From IMG/VR virus record IMGVR_UViG_2049941000_000426: a DNA stretch of 20,726 nt. One strand, given 5' to 3'. Below, piece after piece: positions 10,522-18,886 of the stretch. Made by a program: the position numbers and the translations under genes. A model generated the notes under the pieces. That model saw nothing but the letters and a program-made list of their open reading frames with translations. It ran no database searches and was not told the DNA's origin. Source of the stretch: an uncultured virus (IMG/VR IMGVR_UViG_2049941000_000426) (Duplodnaviria > Heunggongvirae > Uroviricota > Caudoviricetes). How positions within the stretch are numbered: the first letter of the stretch is position 1; each line of letters begins with the position of its first letter.

Positions 10522-10987
10522 ATGCCTCCATGACAAGAACCGCTTTCCGGAAGCTGTCACAGATATACAAGGTGTCACGCCCTTCGTCATGAAGCCATGC
10601 CCTGAAGCGTTGCATCATGGAACGGGGCCTTCCAGCCGAGTCCAGTTCGAGCCATTCCGGCAATGTCTCGCCTCTTCCCGTCATCGGGTATTCGACGACC
10701 ACAGGCTCCTTTTCCGTCCTTCCCTTGACGAGAACGACCCGGTCCTTGCAGGAGACCCTTCCCTTCAGATGCTCCACCGGAAAGCCCGAGCTTGTGAACA
10801 TTCTCGACAGGATATTCGCGATGTCCTGCCGAACATCGAGCCATTTGTCATCGTCGAACAGCGTTCCCCATTGATAAACCCCCTTCCCTTGCCAGCCGCA
10901 GGCTTGACAAACAAAGGAACCTGTTTTATTTCTGACAGGAGTGACAGTATATTCATCGTTGCATACTGGACACTTCATGAACAGCAT
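10522..10987 (-). CDS. N-terminal Zn-ribbon protein, end in gap
   Basis: MKCPVCNDEY...SFVCQACGWQG, two CxxC pairs. Start at 10987 or 10978. Confidence 0.65.
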
Positions 10988-11005
10988 AGGATACGCCTGT
11001 ATACA

Positions 11006-12853
11006 ATGAACAACCCTTATAACGACAGCAATGCCTTACGGCATGAGGAGATATGTCTCCTGTACGGGCTCGACCCGCACGTCCATAATATAAAGGAAGC
11101 GGAGGAGGCTCCAAGGGCCCGTCTTTACGGCTGGCCTGAAGCGGAGCGCTATCCGCTCGACACGCCCGGGCGCACCATGCTGTCATGGGCGTACGCGAAC
11201 GAGGACATGGAGGATTCCGAAAGGGACCGTGTTCTCGGGAACATCAAGAAGGCTGCCGACTTCTGGAAGATCAGCCTTCCGGAACGCCATGAGGAGAAGG
11301 AGGAGGACGCGAAATACGTCCTCAAGATCTCGGGCGAAGGCTGGGAAGACTCCTACAAGCTGAACACGGCGGCTGAAGTGAAAAGCATTGTCGACCACGT
11401 CCGCAAGAACGCGGCCGACTTCTCCTATACGACCCGTCTTCAGTATGCCAACGGCATTGTCGGCGCACCGAGGGATCTGAAGAAGACTCTCTCGGAAGAG
11501 GACGTCGACTGGATCCGCCACGTGAAANNNNNNNNNNCAACGGCATCGTCGGAGCCCCGAGAGAGTTGAAGAAGACCCTCTCGGAAGAGGACGTCGACTG
11601 GATCCGCCACGTGAAAGGCGAGATCCTGACCGACGGCGCCAGTGTGAAGCGGGCCTGTGACGAACGCGCCGCCTGCATGGAGCAGATGGGCNNNNNNNNN
11701 NNNNNNNNNNNNNNNNNNNNNNNNNNNNNNNNNNNNNNNNNNNNNNNNNNGCGAGGTCTTCCGCAAGGTCTCCGAGGGCGTGAAGGACACGGACGTCGTG
11801 GACGTCCCGTTCATCCGAAAGGTGGCCTCCGCGATGGACCTGGCGGATAGAACGGTAGGCGCGAACGTCCTGTACGGAAGCGTCATCAAGATGCCCGAGT
11901 TCTCCATTGACGGCTATACCCCTGAACAGATCAAGAAGGCGANNNNNNNNNNTTTTAGGCGCTATTCGTTTTCCCAAGTCATTATTACGCAATAAAACCA
12001 TCTTTTTATGCCCCTTGAGATAGCCTCCAACATCCCCGACATCATCAAGTCACTGGTGAAGGTCTGCAACGCTTCGCCGGAGCCTTCGCTCGCCACGTTT
12101 CTTCCATTACTACGATTCGAAGGACATCCGTACTCCCTGAAGTTCCATTTCCAGCTGGAGCCACTGTATAGACTGAGACAGCCTAGGCGTGTTGTCTTCA
12201 TGACAGGTCGACAGGTCGGGAAATCACAGGGGCTGGTTAGCAGTCTNNNNNNNNNNNNNNNNNNNNNNNNNNNNNNNNNNNNNNNNNNNNNNNNNNNNNN
12301 NNNNNNNNNNNNNNNNNNNNNNNNNNNNNNNNNNNNNNNNNNNNNNNNNNNNNNNNNNNNNNNNNNNNNNNNNNNNNNNNNNNNNNNNNNNNNNNNNNNN
12401 NNNNNNNNNNNNNNNNNNNNNNNNNNNATGGAGCAGATGGGCCACCCCGAACTGGGCGAGGTCTTCCGCAAAGTATCCGAAGGCGTGAAGGACACGGATG
12501 TCGTTGACGTCCCGTTCCTCCGCAAGGTGGCTTCCGCGATGGACCTGGCGGATAGAACGGTAGGCGCGAACGTCCTGTATGGAAGCGTCATCAAGATGCC
12601 CGAGTTTTCAATCGACGGCTACACTCCTGAGCAGATCAAGAAGGCGAACGAGGACATGGCGGTCATCGACGAATCGACGGTGACCAGTCGCAACCGTGTC
12701 GCCATGCACCGGGACAAGGTGGACGACTTCTTCATGAAGATCGCCGGAGAGGACACCCGCGCCCTGTCCCTCAATGATCTTGTGAAACGTATCCAGACCA
12801 TGGACGCCATCGAGAAGGACGCCTTCAAGGACATCCTCGGGAAGATCATGTGA
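11006..12853 (+). CDS. Hypothetical phage protein (about 335 aa when reassembled from 11006-11527, 11538-11691 and 12428-12853); possibly head-associated
   Basis: Overlapping pieces join unambiguously (WIRHVK/GEIL..., CMEQMG/HPELGEVF). The N-terminal YGWPEAERYPLDT...IKKAADFWKI motif is seen. The span includes allelic duplicates and a misplaced terminase fragment. Confidence 0.7.
12008..12246 (+). CDS. Terminase large subunit N-terminus (misplaced contig)
   Basis: MPLEIAS...RRVVFMTGRQVGKSQGLVSS. The 3' end matches the reverse complement of about 17066-17114 apart from a synonymous change in the Thr codon (ACA in both) region being identical over the overlap. Confidence 0.85.
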
Positions 12854-13518
12854 TGACCAAGCACGAGCTGTGGCATAGCAAGAGAGGCTTCGGCTCCGCC
12901 CTACTGATCGCCTGCATAGACGACTTCGGGCTGGAGTGCGTGAACTGGGAGCCGGAGACCCTTGAAATCACCGTGCGCGAGAAGTATGGTGATGTCGACC
13001 CTGACAGCGTCGAAAGGCTTCTGGCGGCCATCGGCGTCCTGACGAGCAACATGTTCACACAGGACGTGATAGCCCTCTGCATGACATGCGCGACCCTCGA
13101 CTTCGAACGCACCGGAAAGGACAGTTTCGTCCCGGCCGGCCTGGACGAGATCATGTGGGGTCTTACAGAGGCCAGGCTTCTGCTTGGCGGTCTAGACGAC
13201 AAGGAGTTCTCCGACGAGGTTTGCATCTATGTCGGCAAGCTTCTGGCCGACGAGGGTCTCGAGAATCCGCCAGACACCTTGTCCTTCGCCGTGAAGAACA
13301 ATGGCGGGCTGGACAAGGACACCCTGGCCGATCTGCCGGACCTCTCCGCCCTCTTCGAGGAGGACCAGGCGACGTCCCGCAGGACGCTGGACATGGTCGC
13401 CATGGAGAAGCTAAGGATGCTCCTCGAGCAGATAGACTCCTTGAAGCTGAGAACAAGCGACCTCGCGGAATTCAAGGAAGTTTTCAACCGGATGAAAAGT
13501 GTGAAGCAGAATGCCTGA
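12853..13518 (+). CDS. Conserved-looking hypothetical phage protein near terminase
   Basis: TGATG-coupled ATG at 12853. DDFGLECVNWEPETLE motif. Largely helical and acidic. Confidence 0.75.
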   Translation: MTKHELWHSKRGFGSALLIACIDDFGLECVNWEPETLEITVREKYGDVDPDSVERLLAAIGVLTSNMFTQDVIALCMTCATLDFERTGKDSFVPAGLDEIMWGLTEARLLLGGLDDKEFSDEVCIYVGKLLADEGLENPPDTLSFAVKNNGGLDKDTLADLPDLSALFEEDQATSRRTLDMVAMEKLRMLLEQIDSLKLRTSDLAEFKEVFNRMKSVKQNA

Positions 13519-13888
13519 TCTCAGTCAAATATTCCAAGCAAGACCCAACCCGATGGCGTACGGCGACGCGATGCTAGACGGAAGCGGCCCCTTCTCCATG
13601 GAGGAGGCCCTCGCCAAGCAACAGGCTGCCGGTCAGTCGCCCGAGCAGGAGGACATGGACAAGCAGGTCCTTGAGAAGCTCAAGGCGAAGACGGACGCTC
13701 TCGGAAATTCGAACAAAGTGAAGGAACTCTCGCTGAAGCTCATGGAGGAGATGCAGAAATCCCAGGAGCTCGAGGCGAGGATGCAGGAGCATCCCGAGGT
13801 ATTGGACCTCGTGGACCAGCTTTTGAGTGAAGAAGAAAGCGGCCAGCCCGCGGAACAACCCCAACCTACCCAGGAACCGATTCAATGA
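13511..13888 (+). CDS. Hypothetical Glu/Gln-rich coiled-coil protein
   Basis: 125 aa, overlaps both neighbours. Confidence 0.7.
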   Translation: MPDLSQIFQARPNPMAYGDAMLDGSGPFSMEEALAKQQAAGQSPEQEDMDKQVLEKLKAKTDALGNSNKVKELSLKLMEEMQKSQELEARMQEHPEVLDLVDQLLSEEESGQPAEQPQPTQEPIQ

Positions 13889-14979
13889 GCAATCTCTACG
13901 AAAAAGCAATCAAGATCGCATATGAGAACCGTGCGAACGCCATGATTGCGGCTAAGAAAGCCGCCGACGATGGTCGTATCGCCAAAGCGGTCGAAGCCTT
14001 CAAGGGTTTCATGGCTTCCCATCCGAATGTCAAGAAAGGCGCTACAGCCGGTCTATGGGGCGGTGCCGCGATGATCCCGACGTATGGCATCACCCGTGCG
14101 CTGGGCGGTACCCCTGGTCAGGCATGGCGTAACGCAGGTATTACCGGTGGTGGTGTCGCAGCCGCGAAAGCGACATATGACTATCGGAACGAGATCAAAG
14201 GCGGTCTTGGAAAGGCCGGTGAAGCTATCAAGGGCTTGTTCGACAAGGTGAAGTCGAAGCCTGCGGCGCCTCAGGGTCAAAACAAACCAAGTTCTCCGGC
14301 ATCAACGTCAAAGGCTACCCCATCCACTACTGCTGCCAAGGAAGAGACAGTCAAACAGCCTCGGCCAAACAACACTCTGGATCGTATGAGCAAGTGGGAC
14401 GCGAATATGCAGAAAATTATTGCAGATGGCGTCAATAAGGCCAATGAAGATGCTGCGGGCATAGATCAGCAAATAGCGATGCTGCAGACCAATCCTGTTC
14501 AGAACGCTCAGCGTATCAGTGTACTTCAGGCGAAGAAAGACAAACTAAACGGAAACGGACCAAAAGAACCGATAAGAGAGCCTTTGTCGCCCAAAGAAAA
14601 GGAAATACAAAGCCTGAAACAGCAATATGACATGTTGGGGATGGGCGACGATACCGGCCAACACGCGCAAAAACGCAGCGAAATACTGGCAAAAATAGAC
14701 GAATTGAGAGGAAAAAAGACAAGTCAGATTACGCGTGAAGCGAGTTATCCAACCGGCTCTCTGAATAAATCCAAGAATTGGGGTAAAATCTCTGAGGAAC
14801 TTACAGGACAGGACTTGACCGATGCCCTCGTGGATGCAGGACAGTCTTTGCTTAGCAATAGAAACGGGTTGGCGGAAGCTCAGGAGCTGATGTCACTTGT
14901 AAACAACGCTGGAAATCTTACTAAAGGTCAAGAAATTCGCGCTAACGAGCTGTTATACACCCTTGGTTTCCTTAAGTAA
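13885..14979 (+). CDS. Hypothetical protein with Gly/Ala-zipper hydrophobic hairpin and coiled-coil tail; possible internal virion/ejection protein
   Basis: 364 aa. GATAGLWGGAAM...AGITGGGVAAA segments, a P/S/T linker and a K/E/Q-rich C-terminus. Confidence 0.7.
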   Translation: MSNLYEKAIKIAYENRANAMIAAKKAADDGRIAKAVEAFKGFMASHPNVKKGATAGLWGGAAMIPTYGITRALGGTPGQAWRNAGITGGGVAAAKATYDYRNEIKGGLGKAGEAIKGLFDKVKSKPAAPQGQNKPSSPASTSKATPSTTAAKEETVKQPRPNNTLDRMSKWDANMQKIIADGVNKANEDAAGIDQQIAMLQTNPVQNAQRISVLQAKKDKLNGNGPKEPIREPLSPKEKEIQSLKQQYDMLGMGDDTGQHAQKRSEILAKIDELRGKKTSQITREASYPTGSLNKSKNWGKISEELTGQDLTDALVDAGQSLLSNRNGLAEAQELMSLVNNAGNLTKGQEIRANELLYTLGFLK

Positions 14980-15048
14980 TCTCTCCCAAAAGCACCGTCC
15001 AGTGTTTTTTCATGCCTTATTTGTGAAAATTTCACAAAAACAGGCCTT

Positions 15049-15094
15049 AAAAAGCCCAAAATGACCGTTTTTGAGTCATTTTGGGCTTCTTTTT
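15049..15094. terminator. Bidirectional intrinsic terminator
   Basis: Perfect 14-bp stem AAGCCCAAAATGAC / GTCATTTTGGGCTT (15052-15088) with an A-run before and a T-run after, between convergent genes. Confidence 0.8.
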
Positions 15095-15109
15095 CGATAA
15101 AATCCGCTC

Positions 15110-15553
15110 TTACCGGATGATTCCGTTAACCCGGTCTTCTATCGAACGGGCTTTTTTGAGCTGTTCACCCTCGAAAATGGCCTTTTGAATCTCTTTCAGG
15201 GCCTGGTCATCCTTCTCAATGGCCTCGTTCAGCTTTCTTCCAAGTTCGACAAGCATCTCTGCGGCCGCTACAGGGTCAGCAAGAATCGGTTTCTTAAGAC
15301 TTTCCTTCATACGGTTCAGCTTTGTGAACACTTCAGCGTACGTCATGACCATATGATCCCTCAAATCCATGGGATCCGGCTTCAATTCGAACTCGAAAAG
15401 CCCGTCATGGTACTTGATTGACTTGATCCGGTTGAATGTCTGTGGCACGGAACCCGTCTCACGGGCGATGGAATCGCCTTTCAGGGCCTCCAATTGCTCC
15501 ATTTCGGCCGTATGTACCGATTTTTTGCCGTCTGCACCGATTAAATTCAGCAT
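15110..15553 (-). CDS. Hypothetical protein downstream of terminase
   Basis: 147 aa. AAAAGGAG RBS 5 nt before the ATG. Confidence 0.75.
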   Translation of the reverse strand: MLNLIGADGKKSVHTAEMEQLEALKGDSIARETGSVPQTFNRIKSIKYHDGLFEFELKPDPMDLRDHMVMTYAEVFTKLNRMKESLKKPILADPVAAAEMLVELGRKLNEAIEKDDQALKEIQKAIFEGEQLKKARSIEDRVNGIIR

Positions 15554-15569
15554 TTTTACTCCTTTTCGC

Positions 15570-17114
15570 TTATAGTTCCTTTGTCATGCCCTCCGAAGCC
15601 CAGTCCGGAAGGTTGTCGTACTTTTCGACCATCGCCCCGAGCTCCGGCCGACACTTATTCGTGTACCAGATGGCGTTCGCCCCAAGGTTGATGGCATGGG
15701 CCGTGTCGTCCGGATGGGTCCCCATGCGGGTGATAATCCTTATGTCGCCACTGTTCTGGGTGCTCCGGATGTCTTCTCCTAACGCAAGGAAGTCGTCCAG
15801 AAGATCCGAACAGCTGGAATACACCGGAAGAAGCAGTTTCTTGGCCTTTATGGCCGCCATGGTGAGCGCCAGAGACCTTGTCTTGTCCAGAGAGTAGTAC
15901 CCGCCATGCCCATTGTTCGGTTCATTGTACCGTAGCGTATCCTGACGTGGGGCCCACATGTATACAAGGGGCACCGTCATGATGCCGTCGCCCTGCATTT
16001 CCTGGTTCAGCATCTCCTCCTTGATGGCCCCCGCGCCTGTCCCGTCATGCGCTATGTACACGCAGTCGAACTCCCGGGCCAGCATGACGGCCCTTCCGAC
16101 CTGCTCGGCATGTGACTTGCCCGTAGGGACTTTTTCAATGTAGAGGACCTCTATGACGTTTTGCATAGGACGTAGTCCCAGAATTGCCATGACGGTGAAC
16201 GACTCGCCCTCCAAGCCGTACCCGCCCCAGTCTATCCCCAGAACACGCTGTCCGTAGTTGCCCTTGTTTTTGAAGGCTTCCCCGATGTCGTTAATGTGCC
16301 CGGTAGAGGCCTGTTCAAGATCTTTACGAGTAATCAGCCTAACCGCGGCGTCTGATGGCTCTCCCAATATTTCATTGGCGAACTGAGAGGGTGGGTAGCT
16401 AGCCTTTTTAATAAGTAGCTCATGCCATTTTGCTTCTGATGTACAGTGTAACGGGTGGGTTATCTGTGAAAGATGGAATCCGTCGAACTGACCCCTTAGC
16501 TCCGGTCTTCGGAAGGAATAAAAACTTTTTCTTACATCCAGCGGTCTTCCACACTTGGCGCAGATGCAGGTTGTTTTCCCTATCATCTTTTCCAAGTCTT
16601 GATCCAGACACGCGATGTTTGTCTTATTGCAGTGATCGCATTTTATAGTCACTTCCCCTCCTGATGACTTATTGAAATAGTAGGGAAGAGTTCCGTCTGT
16701 GAGCTTTGGGGTTCCTGTGAAAAGATAGGTACCGCCCTGTTTAACAGCTGACATGGTCTCAGCTGCGATGTTTATTATATCTACCTCCATATCATCGACC
16801 TCGTCGGCTATAAGGCAGGCTATTGAACTAACACCGCGAATACGGGAGGCATCCCCGCCTATATAAGCGAAATGAGCCCGACTTCCCGAAGTGAATTCAC
16901 GGATGAGCATGGAGTTATTGCACCGGCTGTTCGTCAGGTAGTTTGCGATATAGGCCTGCGCCACCATGTTTCGGAAGGTCACGTTCGATATATGCCTGAC
17001 CTGCATGAACTGCGGTTCGCATATCATGACATGATAATTCGGTATAAGCCCACACCGGAGCACCAGACTGCTAACCAGCCCCTGTGATTTCCCGACCTGT
17101 CGACCTGTCATGAA
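15570..17114 (-). CDS. terL: Terminase large subunit, GpA-like, intein-free allele (about 577 aa with N-terminus from 12008)
   Basis: Walker A TGRQVGKS, Walker B CLIADEVDD, coupling motif FTGTPK, Zn finger CDHC...CAKC, nuclease motifs LGIDWG, AHDGTG and PDDTAHA. Confidence 0.92.
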   Translation of the reverse strand, partial: FMTGRQVGKSQGLVSSLVLRCGLIPNYHVMICEPQFMQVRHISNVTFRNMVAQAYIANYLTNSRCNNSMLIREFTSGSRAHFAYIGGDASRIRGVSSIACLIADEVDDMEVDIINIAAETMSAVKQGGTYLFTGTPKLTDGTLPYYFNKSSGGEVTIKCDHCNKTNIACLDQDLEKMIGKTTCICAKCGRPLDVRKSFYSFRRPELRGQFDGFHLSQITHPLHCTSEAKWHELLIKKASYPPSQFANEILGEPSDAAVRLITRKDLEQASTGHINDIGEAFKNKGNYGQRVLGIDWGGYGLEGESFTVMAILGLRPMQNVIEVLYIEKVPTGKSHAEQVGRAVMLAREFDCVYIAHDGTGAGAIKEEMLNQEMQGDGIMTVPLVYMWAPRQDTLRYNEPNNGHGGYYSLDKTRSLALTMAAIKAKKLLLPVYSSCSDLLDDFLALGEDIRSTQNSGDIRIITRMGTHPDDTAHAINLGANAIWYTNKCRPELGAMVEKYDNLPDWASEGMTKEL

Positions 17115-17124
17115 NNNNNNNNNN

Positions 17125-17444
17125 TGAAGGCTTCCCCGAGGTCGTTTATTCTTCCTGTAGACGCTTGCTCAAGTTCTTTTCTGGTTATCAGACGGATGCT
17201 TTGATCGTCCGGGGTTCCCAAGATTTCATTGTAGTACTGATTGCGCGGATAGGTTGAGGCCTTGTTTAGAAGTTCCAACCACTTCTCCTTGGACGTACAG
17301 TGCAGCGGATGAACTATCTGGGATAGATGGAAACCATCGAATACACCTCTGAGTTCAGGTCTTCTAAAAGAGTAGTAGCTTTTCCGGACATCAAGAGGTC
17401 TTCCACATTTCGCACAGATGCAGGTGGTCTTCCCTATCATCTTT
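17125..17444 (-). CDS. terL: Terminase large subunit internal fragment, divergent second allele
   Basis: MIGKTTCICAKCGRPLDVRK...DLGEAF is collinear with the 15570..17114 protein, with many substitutions. Confidence 0.85.
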
Positions 17445-17955
17445 NNNNNNNNNNCCGGTTGGCCTCCGTCCGTGTCTTATTGTTGCACATGCCCATCCAG
17501 TCCGTCGCAGCNNNNNNNNNNGCAGGCCGCCGGGGCCGGTGTCTCTCCCGTCCAGTCATGCCACTGCTGTGGATTGATCGTTGCACGNNNNNNNNNNCAG
17601 TAGAGCCGCGGTCCCCGTCGAGTGGTCGTAGGCGTTGAAGCCGATGGTCTGGACCCCAGTGCCCTTGTAGTTCAAAANNNNNNNNNNAGCTTTTCCGATC
17701 AGCATGTCGGTCAGGATTCTGATGGAAGACGGACAGGCNNNNNNNNNNAGCCCCTTTCAGAGCGTTCGTGTAGGTGTCGAAGTGGTACCACAGCCAGTCC
17801 GCCCAGTCCAGCATCTCGCCGACTGTNNNNNNNNNNACCTATAAAAGACGTAAAAGCAAAAAATTTTATAATATCATTTGATTTCTCTGATAGGCAGTGT
17901 ATGTTAATATCTGTAGTCAAGAGAAACGCATCATATCACGGAAGGNNNNNNNNNN

Positions 17956-18554
17956 AAACAACGATCCTTGAATAAGAAGATCTACAGGGGTGCACCGCTC
18001 CTGTAGATCTTCTAGCTTCCATCGACGCGGGATACCCTTGCGGTACCCCGCGTGGATGGTTGAACGGGAACTGCATTGCTCCCGTCCACGGGGAATCCCC
18101 GCGGTCTTCGATCTTGCGCTTTCCGTCTTTTATAAACCGGGCGACCAACACCTCTATGAGCGCCAGCTCATCGAGAAGTTGGTCGCCCGGTGGTCCGAAG
18201 TCCGGATGTCCATTGTCCGGGCGGAAGGGAATCCCCTCCGAGTCCACAGGAAAGAAGCAGCGTCCTGGATCTAAGACAGTACCGTGCTTCTATCCAAGTA
18301 CCGACTTGAGGTGGAAGCACGGTAGTGTCGTCCGGATCGAACGGCATATCCCGTTCGCCGACAGGGAAGCCCCGTCGTTTTCCTCCGAGTCCATCCAAGA
18401 CTTGACAAGGCCTGCATTGGCCTTATTTTNNNNNNNNNNGAATTTTTAAATAGACATCCGGTTCCGTCTTAAACAAGCCAGGTATCCTGATCCACGCTGG
18501 TAAACACGGAACGTGGAAAACCGCGTGGATCAGGATACCTGTGCCCGGTCAGGC
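17956..18554. ncRNA. Candidate structured non-coding hairpin array
   Basis: Perfect stems of 14 bp (17975-18013), 14 bp (18136-18191), 11 bp within 18275-18329 and 19 bp (18479-18541), plus smaller hairpins. GGGAA(T/G)CCCC occurs at 18091, 18227 and 18364. No convincing ORF. Confidence 0.55.
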
Positions 18555-18652
18555 NNNNNNNNNNNNNNNNNNNNNNNNNNNNNNNNNNNNNNNNNNNNNN
18601 NNNNNNNNNNNNNNNNNNNNNNNNNNNNNNNNNNNNNNNNNNNNNNNNNNNN

Positions 18653-18727
18653 GAAGACGATGTTTATGACATTGAGGTAGAAGGAACTCATAGTTACATT
18701 CTCGCAAATGGTTTATTATCAGGGAAT
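18653..18727 (+). mobile_element. Intein C-terminal splicing region (blocks F/G)
   Basis: EDDVYDIEVEGTHSYILANGLLSGN is followed by C+1. Not in the ORF track. Confidence 0.9.
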
Positions 18728-18886
18728 TGTGACGACATGGAGGAAGATGTCATAAACATCGCCGCAGAGACGATGTCCGCTGTCAGAAGCGGTGGTTCCT
18801 ATCTGTATACAGGAACTCCAAAGCTTACAGACGGGACATTGTCTCGGTTCTTCGACAGGTCATCTGGTGGTGAGGTAACGATTCAT
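18728..18886 (+). CDS. terL: Terminase large subunit extein fragment, second allele
   Basis: CDDMEEDVINIAAETMSAVRSGGSYLYTGTPKLTDGTLSRFFDRSSGGEVTIH aligns to VDDMEVDIINIAAETMSAVKQGGTYLFTGTPKLTDGTLPYYFNKSSGGEVTIK. Confidence 0.9.

Noticed and set aside
10208..11005. N-terminal extension of the 453-aa ORF
   Set aside because: It is antisense to plausible minus-strand genes and not protein-like. ATG 11006 is preferred.
11751..12647. DGR template/variable repeat pair
   Set aside because: The differences are mostly synonymous and not adenine-specific. No reverse transcriptase is present.
12008..12853. Terminase N-terminus fused to a hypothetical protein
   Set aside because: Artefact of a misplaced contig. 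The halves belong to terL and to the 11006 gene.
17837..17945. Promoter in the AT-rich fragment (TATAAT present)
   Set aside because: No correctly spaced -35, and the fragment is isolated by gaps, so it cannot be tied to any gene.
17936..18449. ORFs across the hairpin array
   Set aside because: Several overlapping ORFs on both strands, none protein-like and none with a clear RBS. The dense stems explain the sequence better.
17956..18554. CRISPR array, tRNA cluster or intron core
   Set aside because: No conserved 25-45 nt direct repeat, no T-loop/cloverleaf, and no recognisable group I P7 or group II domain V motif by eye.
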